DNA of 43,896 nt from a virus (taxonomy: Duplodnaviria; Heunggongvirae; Uroviricota; Caudoviricetes). Shown piece after piece: positions 1-9,342 of the stretch. The translations under genes and the position numbers were made by a program. The DNA lies in IMG/VR virus record IMGVR_UViG_3300033149_001657, positions 64,001-107,896 of that record; one strand, 5' to 3'. The first letter of the stretch is position 1; every line of letters begins with the position of its first letter. The notes below the pieces were generated by a model, which did not search any database, was not told where the DNA came from, and saw nothing but the letters and a program-made list of their open reading frames with translations.

Positions 1-34
1 GAGAAAGGAGTATTTAAAAATAAATATAGATAAC

Positions 35-1105
35 CTAAAGGTCAGAAGCACTGAAGCTTCCAGACTTAGCATTAACAATTATACCGATTGCATTATCATC
101 TGTAACTGCAAATTCTCTCTCTGTCCATAGATGATACCATGTTCTATCTATTGCTGGTTTGCTCTCTTCCTCAGCTTCCAGGTCTCTCTTTATAACGTGA
201 TACCCAAGTCTGCTGGAGTCAACCATAATAGCTACTCCCTCTGGAACAAGTGGTGATTCTACTATCCTCAGATCAGCTATCATACCTATCTCTCCACTTA
301 TCAGATCTTTGTTGTAGAGTTTGGCATTTACAAACAGAGATGAAACATCTGGATCATATAACAGTGTAGATACTTCAGTGCTATTTACCAAGACTATATC
401 TGGATTTACAGTAGCAGCTAGCAAAGTGGATCTAAGATTGAATATGTCCCATGCAGTAAGAGATGATTTCTCACTAACGTCAACTACTAGACCAGATGAC
501 TTGCATCTGTTTGAGTATAAAAATGTAACTGTAGCAGCTGAAACAGAGTTTGATAGGAGAACCTTGCCATCATAATAGTCTACTGCATTTATAGTAGCTC
601 CAGGTGATACAGAAGAGATAGTAACTATCGGTGTCAGTGTTGTACTTCCAAGTGTACCACCACTCCAACTAGATATTGTACCAGATTTCAGATCAAGAGA
701 TATAGTTTGAGCTCGAAGATCCAATTCTTCAGCTAGTTTTTTACCAGCTTCATATAGAAAGTCCTTAAGAACATCTCTCACTGGCATCTCAAGAGCTTCA
801 TTATCTATTTCAAGTCTTATACCAAACTTAGATACTTCAACAGTTGTACCAGTATATGAAATTGTACTGGAGGATGAGATAGTACCTCCTTCAGAAAGAG
901 TCTCAACTGTTATACTTTCAGTAACATTAGGAAGAACAATACTTCTGGCTTTTACTTTCTCAAGATCTTTATTCTCTCTAAATATTTGAGATATTACAGT
1001 TTTACTTCTAGATACAAAATCAACAGTCTTAGATATTATTCTAGGAGTGATTTCCTGAACATCAGCTGTACCTAAAGCTAATTCAACCAGATCTTTCTCT
1101 CTCAT
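35..1105 (-). CDS. Major capsid protein, HK97 fold (paralog 1), with inserted beta-rich domain
   Basis: 356 aa, last gene of the protease/scaffold operon. HK97-like segments VEVSKFGIRLEIDNEALE, IVLVNS and GEIGMIADLRIVESPLVP. Clearly homologous to 9474..10535. Confidence 0.85.
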   Translation of the reverse strand: MREKDLVELALGTADVQEITPRIISKTVDFVSRSKTVISQIFRENKDLEKVKARSIVLPNVTESITVETLSEGGTISSSSTISYTGTTVEVSKFGIRLEIDNEALEMPVRDVLKDFLYEAGKKLAEELDLRAQTISLDLKSGTISSWSGGTLGSTTLTPIVTISSVSPGATINAVDYYDGKVLLSNSVSAATVTFLYSNRCKSSGLVVDVSEKSSLTAWDIFNLRSTLLAATVNPDIVLVNSTEVSTLLYDPDVSSLFVNAKLYNKDLISGEIGMIADLRIVESPLVPEGVAIMVDSSRLGYHVIKRDLEAEEESKPAIDRTWYHLWTEREFAVTDDNAIGIIVNAKSGSFSASDL

Positions 1106-1356
1106 CCAGATACCCTCCTTTTAGGTGGTTCTACTTCATAATGCTTGATAGCTAAGTTAGCAGCTAAATCAAGTCTTTCCCGTAGATCCAAGTTACTAGT
1201 TAAATCTTTAGTGATCTTGTTCATAGATAGTTCCTCTGAAGTCTTCTTCAAGGTCTCCATTTCTCTCTCTAGATTTTCGACTCTCTTAGTAAGTTCCTCT
1301 ATTTGTTTAAGACGTTCAAGTATCTGCAAAAGAGTATCTATTTCTGTCATTCTCAT
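1102..1356 (-). CDS. Small coiled-coil protein, putative scaffolding/accessory head protein
   Basis: 84 aa with heptad-like L/I/E/K pattern. C-terminal AANLAIKHYEVEPPKRR is shared with 1353..1610. Overlaps the capsid gene start by 4 bp. Confidence 0.55.
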   Translation of the reverse strand: MRMTEIDTLLQILERLKQIEELTKRVENLEREMETLKKTSEELSMNKITKDLTSNLDLRERLDLAANLAIKHYEVEPPKRRVSG

Positions 1357-1610
1357 CTCCTCTTCGGAGGTTGAACCCTGAAATGTTCTATAGCTGCATC
1401 AGCAGCTTTTTCAAGTAATGGTCTTACTTGAGCTCTTACATCTTCCAATCGATTTGATAGCTCTTCTACCTTCCTTAGAGAAGCAAAAACAGCTTGTTTA
1501 TTTTCCTCTTGAGTTAGTTTCTCCTCTTCTTTCTTCTCAAGAGTTTCTATTCTATTCTCTAGATTCTCTAGCTTTGTAAGTATCTGCATTAATATCTGAA
1601 CTTGATCCAT
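1353..1610 (-). CDS. Small coiled-coil protein, paralog of 1102..1356
   Basis: 85 aa. N-terminal ILMQILTKLENLE resembles TLLQILERLKQIE; C-terminal AADAAIEHFRVQPPKRR. Confidence 0.55.
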   Translation of the reverse strand: MDQVQILMQILTKLENLENRIETLEKKEEEKLTQEENKQAVFASLRKVEELSNRLEDVRAQVRPLLEKAADAAIEHFRVQPPKRR

Positions 1611-3658
1611 TATATCTGAGCCTCACGTCTCTTTTTAAAATCAGCTATCAACATATCAGCTATTAAACCTTTCTCAGCTATCATCTTAGCTATCTCAGCT
1701 GGTGATGGGATGGTTTTTTCATGGCTCTGTTGAGGAGCTTGCTCTTGTGTAATAGTAGATTCTTCTTCTTTAGACTCCTCTACGTCTTCGGATTCTTCTT
1801 TATTAGAATCGGATGACTCTTTTTCTTGCTCCTGTTTCTGAGTCTTTGTGTCATCCTCTGGTTTCTGTTCTTCTGTCTTAGTTTCCTGAGTATCTTGTTT
1901 CTGTTCTTGTTCCTGAGAAGGTTCTTCCTGTGAAGAATCTTGTGCAGATTCCTCAGTATCATTCTCTTCGTTAGTAACTATCTCTTTATCAGACATTTCC
2001 TCACTTTCATCTGTCTCAGAGTTCTCATTCTCTACATCAATATCTGCATTTAAAGACTCTTCAGAATTCTCTTTCTCATTCTTAGACTGTTTCTCAGGTT
2101 CTGGATACTTACCCTCTCCATACTTACCATACTTATCAGCATGTTCTTTATTGAAGTGATCTATCATTTCCTCTTTAGTGTCGAATTCTTCTCCACACAC
2201 TGGACATTTAAACTTCTTAGATTGTTTCTCTGTTTCTCTGCTTAAGTTACCAGCTGCAATATTAAGACTAGCTATGTACTTCTCAGCTTCTTCCTTAGAA
2301 TCAAACTGTTTGAGAATCTTCATCCTTCCATCTTTTTGCTTCTCCATTACAATGTATTTACCAGTCTGTTTATTTCTAACTATTTTGTACTCACCAAGTT
2401 CTTCTATATCCTCTAGCTCTTCAGTTAAATGAGCTCCCCCTGTACCTCTAGGTGGTAAGAGCTTGTAAGCTAGATCACCAATTAGATCTAGAAGTTTTTC
2501 AGCTGTCTCCCTTCCAAAGTGAGCTATCAATCTCTCCTTATCTGATCTTGGACCAGATGGATATTCATTGTGATAGGAGTAGTAGTACTGAGGAACTGGA
2601 TATTGAGGATAGTAAGGATACTCGTATTTCTCAGGATATCCATATTGTGGATAGTAATAATACTTTGGATAAGATTTCTCTTCTTCACCTTCTTTGGGAG
2701 ATTTTGGATAGTAGTATGGATAACCGTAGTGTGGATAACCATACGTTGGATAATAATAGTAGTAAATCTTCACTTTAGCTCTCTTCTTGGATACTGGATA
2801 TTTTCCAGCTGGATAGAAACCATATATTACTCTATGATTCTTGATAGCTTCATCAGCAGGCATAAACTCAAGTTCAACTTCTCTTTCCCTGGGTTTCAGT
2901 ATAGGTAAAACAGCTACCATATCCTGTTTAAGTTCAAATATTTCCTCAATAGCTGAGTTTTCTTGAGATTCTTTTTCTGTATTTTCTTCACTCATATTTA
3001 TTTCCTCCTTATTCTCTGTATGAACATCATCATTTTTATTCATTTCTTTTATTACTCCAAAAAATTTAAACATAGAGCTTTCTGAGCTTTTATTCAGCTC
3101 TTCAGCATTAACTATAATACATGATTCACAAGCTGGTGCACTTGTAAGAGAGTTGTCTACTGGTTCAAGATCTATTCCTTTATCAACACCACCAACATTC
3201 TCTTTCTTTAAATATAGTTTCAAACTAGTACCTACAAATCTACCGTTCTTTAGCTCTTCTATAGCTTTAGGATCTGTTATCTCGGCTTCATACAAAATAG
3301 CTCCAAGAGTATCAGACCACTCAACATTAGTATGTTGTCCTACAGCCTTTGAACCAAAATCATCATCTCTCTCATGCTCTATTCTTACTGGAAGCTTAGA
3401 AAGCTTATCCTTGAATATCTTGTACATCTTTTTAATCTCTTCCTTAGAATAAAGAACACCATTCCATACACCCTCAGCTAATAGAATGCCTGAAATTCTG
3501 AGCTTGTCTGCAAGCTCTTCTACTACAGAGAAATCTGATAGTGTCTCAACCTCAACTGTGTCTGATATATTCCTCTTGGTAAGCTTTTCTATTTCTTGTC
3601 TGAGATAGGTATTTTCAGCTATTAGCTCATTAACAATACTATCACTCATTGAAACCAT
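1610..3658 (-). CDS. Prohead maturation protease fused to Tyr/Pro-rich region, C2H2 zinc finger and acidic scaffold-like tail
   Basis: N-terminal ~180 aa resembles caudoviral prohead proteases (ISGILLAEGVWNG, IEHERD, GTSL, DNSLTSAPAC). C2H2 finger CPVCGEEFDTKEEMIDHFNKEH, E/Q-rich C-terminus, position upstream of a capsid gene. Confidence 0.7.
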   Translation of the reverse strand: MVSMSDSIVNELIAENTYLRQEIEKLTKRNISDTVEVETLSDFSVVEELADKLRISGILLAEGVWNGVLYSKEEIKKMYKIFKDKLSKLPVRIEHERDDDFGSKAVGQHTNVEWSDTLGAILYEAEITDPKAIEELKNGRFVGTSLKLYLKKENVGGVDKGIDLEPVDNSLTSAPACESCIIVNAEELNKSSESSMFKFFGVIKEMNKNDDVHTENKEEINMSEENTEKESQENSAIEEIFELKQDMVAVLPILKPREREVELEFMPADEAIKNHRVIYGFYPAGKYPVSKKRAKVKIYYYYYPTYGYPHYGYPYYYPKSPKEGEEEKSYPKYYYYPQYGYPEKYEYPYYPQYPVPQYYYSYHNEYPSGPRSDKERLIAHFGRETAEKLLDLIGDLAYKLLPPRGTGGAHLTEELEDIEELGEYKIVRNKQTGKYIVMEKQKDGRMKILKQFDSKEEAEKYIASLNIAAGNLSRETEKQSKKFKCPVCGEEFDTKEEMIDHFNKEHADKYGKYGEGKYPEPEKQSKNEKENSEESLNADIDVENENSETDESEEMSDKEIVTNEENDTEESAQDSSQEEPSQEQEQKQDTQETKTEEQKPEDDTKTQKQEQEKESSDSNKEESEDVEESKEEESTITQEQAPQQSHEKTIPSPAEIAKMIAEKGLIADMLIADFKKRREAQI

Positions 3659-3694
3659 CCCACAATTAATAGTGCATTTTCTATAATTTAAATA

Positions 3695-4030
3695 TTAACT
3701 AACATAGAACTCTGCATTAGTATCAACATCATGCTCCTCACTTTTCGTATTAAGCTTCTTCATCACGTGTTCAGTCCATTTTACATCGTTCTTAAGAATT
3801 TTAGTTGCTATCTCCTTGAATTCAGACAGTATCTGTTCAAGTTCACTCTCATCAAAATCATTCATAATAGATGGATTGGTAAGCCATGTGTTCCATCCCA
3901 TGTAAGAAGCTAATATAGCTTTGTTGCATTTGTTTATTCCATTAACATATCCAAGTCTATCTTTGGGAAACATAGATTCTATTTCTTTTATTGTTGCCTT
4001 AACTCTATTAATCCATTTATCCATACTCAT
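3695..4030 (-). CDS. DUF2153-like archaeal helical protein
   Basis: KDRLGYV and GWNTWLTNPSIMNDFDESEL match my recollection of the DUF2153 pattern (DRL..., GW..WL.NP.IM..F...EL). Confidence 0.6.
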   Translation of the reverse strand: MSMDKWINRVKATIKEIESMFPKDRLGYVNGINKCNKAILASYMGWNTWLTNPSIMNDFDESELEQILSEFKEIATKILKNDVKWTEHVMKKLNTKSEEHDVDTNAEFYVS

Positions 4031-6021
4031 TTCCTCTTCTCCCTTATCTGAGATCTAACAAACTCATGTAGCTTGTTTTTCTTAATCCAATTAACTGCCT
4101 TATCATAATCCCATTTGTCAGATTTAAACGTTACATAAGCTACTCTAGCATGATGAATCTTGCCTGGTACAGAATATAGCCCTATAGCTATTTCCACTCC
4201 TTCTGGAATTTCTAGATCTGGTAGATACTTCTTTACTCTCTCATCTGGTTCTACTCTAGTAAACTTACGTATATCATAGATATGTACTATGAAATGATCC
4301 CATCCTCTCTTCTCTTCTATTTGGAATGGATCAAATGGTTCTCCTGTTCTAGGATCACCAGCTGATAATAATTCATAGTATAGCTCCATTAACCTGAATT
4401 TCTTAGATAGTTCTGGACTTGGAAGTTTACTCTTCATAAATTTCCACTCACCATTAGTCTTTCTTATAATGAAGTAACCTTTGAGTTTGCTACCTTTTAT
4501 GTTCATTGAAATAAAGTTTGGACTAGTCTCTAGCAGTGTAAGTTCACCATGATCCACAGTCTCTACTTTTGACCATACACCATAAGATCTTATCCTTGTT
4601 CCTGGTTCTTTTATAGACATCCATTTATCCACATCTACACCACAAGTTTTGTAAACAGCTTTTATTGGCTCTTCTATTTTAGCTTTTATTGGATTACCAT
4701 ATAGATTAACTTCTTCAAGATAGTTACTATCTTTTAGCTTCCATCTCAAGTCATAATGATAGTCAGGATCATCTTCAGGGAACCAGTGTTTATCTAATAC
4801 GAACTTTGCAATTCTTTCTTCTAGTTCTGATAGTTTCTCAAATGTGTAAGTATCTGTATCTGGATCTTCTTGTATTAACTGCCATCTACCACGTAGCTTC
4901 TTACCTTTAAATTCGATAGTTACTATCTCTTCCCCTGTTTCAGTTCTCTCTGTAGAATATTTAGCAGTACCACTATCTACAGTAGTAAAGTCAGCTGCCA
5001 TTCTCTTGTTCTCATTGAACTTAGTATCTGGACCAATCACACCATCATATGACATCCACTTTCTATCTGATCTGTCCATTTCATAAGCTCCCATTACTTC
5101 GTCTCTCAATGGATAGCCATCTAGTAGAAATGTACGCACTCTTCCCTCTCCTTTATCGTCAATGAATAAATACCATCTAAACTGAGGCACCTGTCTTCCA
5201 GACTTTGCTCTAAATCCCATCCAGCTCACTAAAGCTAGTGAAAACTTTACATTTTTTGATAGAAGCTCATCCTTCTTAGAGACATAGAGTTTTTCTAGCT
5301 TGTTAATATCTTTCTCATCAGACTTAGTAATCCACTGTAACCATTTTCTATATTGATCTTCAAAGTTCTTCTTAACCCATTCTTTAGGAAATGGAAATGG
5401 ACATTCCTTAGGTGGCTTCCATTTCTCTCTAATTGCTCTATTAGAAATAGTATATGGCAATTGAGTCTTTGGTATCATAAATCTCCACATCCTCTCATAC
5501 TTACCAGGAATAGGTTTCTTAGTTTCAGGATCTATCTTAGCTACTTTAATGCCTCTGATCACCACTCTAGTCCAGTCTTTAAAATACTTGTTATCTTTAA
5601 GGAAGTATTCATGGAAATAGACTTTCTGAGCTCCAGTCATATGCACACCAGTAGTTAGTATCTCAAACTTACCTGGAGCATCTTCTCCAGCTCCGACTTC
5701 ACCAGGTGGCACTTCACCCTCTACTTTTAACCATTGTAATGGTTGCCTAGCTTTAGTCTCAGCTCTAAATCCTTTACCAATATTGTCTAAAAGATTCTGG
5801 ACAGAAAATGGATCATCCTCACTAAACCCAACTATAGACCATCCAATCAAATATCCATTAACCTTCAATCTTAAATCTCCATGATTAGACTTCCCTATAC
5901 TATGTCTCTGAATAACAAATGGTTTTGGCTCCGTTACATACTCCATATACTTAGCAACTAATTTAGCTGCTATATTTTCTGAAACAACTAGCTCATCCAA
6001 CATATACTTATATATTTTCAT
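4027..6021 (-). CDS. Protein with three tandem LigD-type 3'-phosphoesterase (PE)-like domains and a C-terminal domain
   Basis: FVIQRHSIGKSNHGDLRL and FVLDKHWFPEDDPDYHYDLRW match the PE motif FV.Q.H......HYD.R. C-terminal PE-like strands TVDSG...FKGKKLRGRWQL and TVDHG...IKGSKLKGYFII. Confidence 0.75.
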   Translation of the reverse strand: MKIYKYMLDELVVSENIAAKLVAKYMEYVTEPKPFVIQRHSIGKSNHGDLRLKVNGYLIGWSIVGFSEDDPFSVQNLLDNIGKGFRAETKARQPLQWLKVEGEVPPGEVGAGEDAPGKFEILTTGVHMTGAQKVYFHEYFLKDNKYFKDWTRVVIRGIKVAKIDPETKKPIPGKYERMWRFMIPKTQLPYTISNRAIREKWKPPKECPFPFPKEWVKKNFEDQYRKWLQWITKSDEKDINKLEKLYVSKKDELLSKNVKFSLALVSWMGFRAKSGRQVPQFRWYLFIDDKGEGRVRTFLLDGYPLRDEVMGAYEMDRSDRKWMSYDGVIGPDTKFNENKRMAADFTTVDSGTAKYSTERTETGEEIVTIEFKGKKLRGRWQLIQEDPDTDTYTFEKLSELEERIAKFVLDKHWFPEDDPDYHYDLRWKLKDSNYLEEVNLYGNPIKAKIEEPIKAVYKTCGVDVDKWMSIKEPGTRIRSYGVWSKVETVDHGELTLLETSPNFISMNIKGSKLKGYFIIRKTNGEWKFMKSKLPSPELSKKFRLMELYYELLSAGDPRTGEPFDPFQIEEKRGWDHFIVHIYDIRKFTRVEPDERVKKYLPDLEIPEGVEIAIGLYSVPGKIHHARVAYVTFKSDKWDYDKAVNWIKKNKLHEFVRSQIREKRK

Positions 6022-8981
6022 TCTAGTGTCCTCCTCTCATAGATTCTATAACCATAATAATATGATTTGAGATACACACATCTGAATATACTAGCTAATG
6101 GACATGCTACTGGAAACCTAAGAGACTGAATCTTTAACTTTGTCATCTCTTCATATCTAGGTCTACCAAATATCATTTTCAATGGGCAAACCGACTTGTC
6201 CTCACTAAATGGACATAATTCCAAATCAAGTACTATTTCCTTAGAAAGCTCAGCTGGTCCAGTTCCTAGCTTAGCTATTCTCTCTACAGTCGTAAGAGTA
6301 TCTGGCTCTTTCTTGTCCAGTCTCTTCTCTTTAAAATAAGGAAACATCCATGTGTAATAATATTTGCCATCTTTAGTTTCATACCGTCTGATTCTAATTG
6401 GCATCACAGTGATGATGTCTCCTCTCCTACACTTGACATCTGTAGCATAACTTCTTCCTATAATTGCATAGTGCTTACCCTTGTACTCTACAACCTTATT
6501 CTTTGGAAAGTCATCTACTTTATCCTCTGGTATCAAATAGACAGAGACATACATATAGTTCCCTAATGGTTCACCAGTCTCCTTTCTCTTCTTTTCTATT
6601 ACATCCCATACCATTACATCTATTTCTTTGAGATTCTTGAGCTTAGCCCATCCTTCAACTCTGTTCTCTCCCTTATACTTGACTGGATATGTTGAATCAG
6701 CTGCTTTAGCTACTACTCCTTCAGAACCATTTACACGTCTCATCTTCTCAACAGCTGCTAAGAACTCTCTTGGAGAATCAACATAAATTGATCTTACCAC
6801 ATCAAGATATTTTGTATTCTTTGGAACTATCTTCTCCAATAGTTTAAATCTCTCAGAATATGGCAGATTCACTACAGGTTTCCCATTGTAATACATGATA
6901 TCATAGAACACATAGACAATTCTCTTCTCCAGATCTGGAGAAACTCTTCCAATTGTAATAGCAGCTGTATCTTCTCTTTCCATCAAGTCATAATTATTTC
7001 TCTTTAGCTTAGCAGATTTAACAGAGACATTTGAAGGTATCTCAAAAGCTACCATCTCTCCATCAAGAATACAACTATCACACTTAAGACTATCTTTGAT
7101 TTCTTTAATTATATTTGGGAACTGTTTAGCTCTATCTCTCTGTCTATCTTCTGTAAATATCTTAATAAGGTCCTTATCTTTGTCAACATGAAGTTGCATT
7201 CTGCGTCCATCAACCTTTTCCTGTACGAAGATTCCTTTATCTATGTATTCTTTAGCCCAATTCTCATACATCTCTTTGGAATCCCAGAACTCATATTTCT
7301 CGAACCCACTCTTTGGTTTGGCACCTATTATCGGTTTTCCTATCTTTATCTCTTTAGATAAATGTTCAAAACGGAATGGACCAAATCCTCTAACCATTTG
7401 ACTGTAAGGGATCTTAAAGAATCCTTTTCTATAGACATTTAGAGAATATCCAATTAAAGGACCGTATTTGTCAAAGACTGGATGTATTCTTCTCCCTAAC
7501 CATCTAGGAGAAATTGATTTTAATGCTCTAACTATCCTTGGATCATATTCTCCTTTTATGATGATATCAATATCATGATCCTTAGGGATTTTCCCCTCAT
7601 TCACTAATCGTCCAGCTATATACATATCATATGGTTCATCATTTAATATGATATGTATTGGAAGTGATTTCATTACATCTTCTAAAGTTATGTAGTCTCC
7701 TTCTGGTTCTGGCATCTCTTCTGATTGGAAAATAGCTTTTGGTGTTGGATATTCAGACACTTCTAACTCCACAGCTTTCTCCAGAATATTATTTCCTTTG
7801 TTCTCTTCCCATAGACCTCTCTTATAAAGTTCAATACCCACGAATACAGCTGCATCGTGGATATTTTCTGGTATCTTCTCTGGAGTATCAGCTGAGTGTT
7901 CCGCCATATCTACTAACAATCTCCATAGTGAAATTAGATCTTCATCTGTAAGTGATATAACAAACTCTGCATCTATATCTTCTATTCTCATTCCTTCTGG
8001 AAGTGAGAATAGTAACTGTGATTGTTCTTCTTTCCAAGGAATATTCTCTTTACCTATTTGTTTCACAATCCACTCAAATAATTCTCTAGCATGTTTCTTG
8101 TATGTCTCTGGTTTATTGAACGTAAACTTAGTAATCTCTTTCTTCTTGTATTCATTGTATCTCCTAATCATTTCTTTAGCAATAGATAATCCAAGCTTTT
8201 TGGTATCATCTATAGTAATTGGAGTACCATCCTTTCTTTTAAGAGCCTTACCTTCTTTAATCGAAGAGTACCAAGCTAATACTATTCTCCAGTCATCAGC
8301 TAGAGATCTATCATCCACATTCTTTATATTCCTAATATAATCTTCAACCGATTCTCTGATTAGATAAACAATTCTATCACAAGCTGTTCTAGATAAATGA
8401 ATCATACCTCTATCTAACATTTCATTTGCTATTATAAAGTGTGCTTCACAACATGGTGAGAATAATTCTGTGTATGAATGATAGAAAGCATGATACTTCT
8501 CCAGTTCTTCATTCATCATTTCACTTGGTTTGATAAATTCTATATTTTCAGCTCTAACAAATGTCTGAATTCCCTTTGGTATTCTTACTGGCTTAGGAAC
8601 TGAAAACGGTTTGAACATGAATTCATAAACATATAATGGTTCAGACCAATCCCATTCTTTGTATTCTTCTTCTGTTATCTTATGTTGATCTCTTAGCTTA
8701 TCAAATTCTTCTTTAGTTATCTTCTTAGGTTCTTTTAACCAAATTATCCCATAACATAGATCACCAGAAATAAGATACAGTGGTTCATCAATATGTTTCT
8801 TAAATTTACGATGTTTAACAATTAGTGTTTTCTTACCTTTCCATATAAGTTCACTATGAGGTTCTGTCAAATACAAACCCATCTTAGGTTCTTTAGGAAA
8901 CTCTTTAGGTATAATTGGTTCTATATCCTCAGGCTTAAGCTGTAACATTTCTTTCTCACTCATAGTAACTAAATCCCTCAC
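6018..8981 (-). CDS. lig: Multidomain ATP-dependent DNA ligase: ASCH-like domain, three helical repeats, Pol-beta-type nucleotidyltransferase-like domain, ligase core with OB fold, Cys-rich tail
   Basis: Ligase motifs QEKVDG (I), ILDGEM (III), FYDIM (IIIa), EGVVAK (IV), WAKLK (V). NTase-like YIAGRLVNEG...DHDIDIII. ASCH-like LYLTEPHSELIWKGKKTLIV. Confidence 0.85.
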   Translation of the reverse strand: MRDLVTMSEKEMLQLKPEDIEPIIPKEFPKEPKMGLYLTEPHSELIWKGKKTLIVKHRKFKKHIDEPLYLISGDLCYGIIWLKEPKKITKEEFDKLRDQHKITEEEYKEWDWSEPLYVYEFMFKPFSVPKPVRIPKGIQTFVRAENIEFIKPSEMMNEELEKYHAFYHSYTELFSPCCEAHFIIANEMLDRGMIHLSRTACDRIVYLIRESVEDYIRNIKNVDDRSLADDWRIVLAWYSSIKEGKALKRKDGTPITIDDTKKLGLSIAKEMIRRYNEYKKKEITKFTFNKPETYKKHARELFEWIVKQIGKENIPWKEEQSQLLFSLPEGMRIEDIDAEFVISLTDEDLISLWRLLVDMAEHSADTPEKIPENIHDAAVFVGIELYKRGLWEENKGNNILEKAVELEVSEYPTPKAIFQSEEMPEPEGDYITLEDVMKSLPIHIILNDEPYDMYIAGRLVNEGKIPKDHDIDIIIKGEYDPRIVRALKSISPRWLGRRIHPVFDKYGPLIGYSLNVYRKGFFKIPYSQMVRGFGPFRFEHLSKEIKIGKPIIGAKPKSGFEKYEFWDSKEMYENWAKEYIDKGIFVQEKVDGRRMQLHVDKDKDLIKIFTEDRQRDRAKQFPNIIKEIKDSLKCDSCILDGEMVAFEIPSNVSVKSAKLKRNNYDLMEREDTAAITIGRVSPDLEKRIVYVFYDIMYYNGKPVVNLPYSERFKLLEKIVPKNTKYLDVVRSIYVDSPREFLAAVEKMRRVNGSEGVVAKAADSTYPVKYKGENRVEGWAKLKNLKEIDVMVWDVIEKKRKETGEPLGNYMYVSVYLIPEDKVDDFPKNKVVEYKGKHYAIIGRSYATDVKCRRGDIITVMPIRIRRYETKDGKYYYTWMFPYFKEKRLDKKEPDTLTTVERIAKLGTGPAELSKEIVLDLELCPFSEDKSVCPLKMIFGRPRYEEMTKLKIQSLRFPVACPLASIFRCVYLKSYYYGYRIYERRTLE

Positions 8982-9342
8982 ATTAAATTCAACATTATCT
9001 TTAAATAATAATATTATCTTTACATTATATTCTTGTTCTAACAGCTTAATATATTCTCCTAACTTATTGCCTAGTTTGATGAATTTGATAAAAAAAAAGA
9101 TATGAAAAAAAAAACAGAGATTTCTTCTTTGATTTGAGTCATCGAAGTCTCTACTTATCAGTGATTCTAGTTTAGAAACATTGATTGAAGAGTGTATATG
9201 ATATTTTTATGCCATTATATTGGAAGAGAAATTATTCATCTTTATGTAAATCTCCAAAGTTAGTTACTATTTTAGTCTTACCTATAGTAGCATTGATAAT
9301 ATATTTTATGTATTTGAATATCCATACTCCTAATGATTATTG

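Noticed and set aside
1610-2100. DNA tandem repeat in the acidic scaffold tail
   Set aside because: E/Q/K/S low-complexity coding sequence without a fixed repeat unit.
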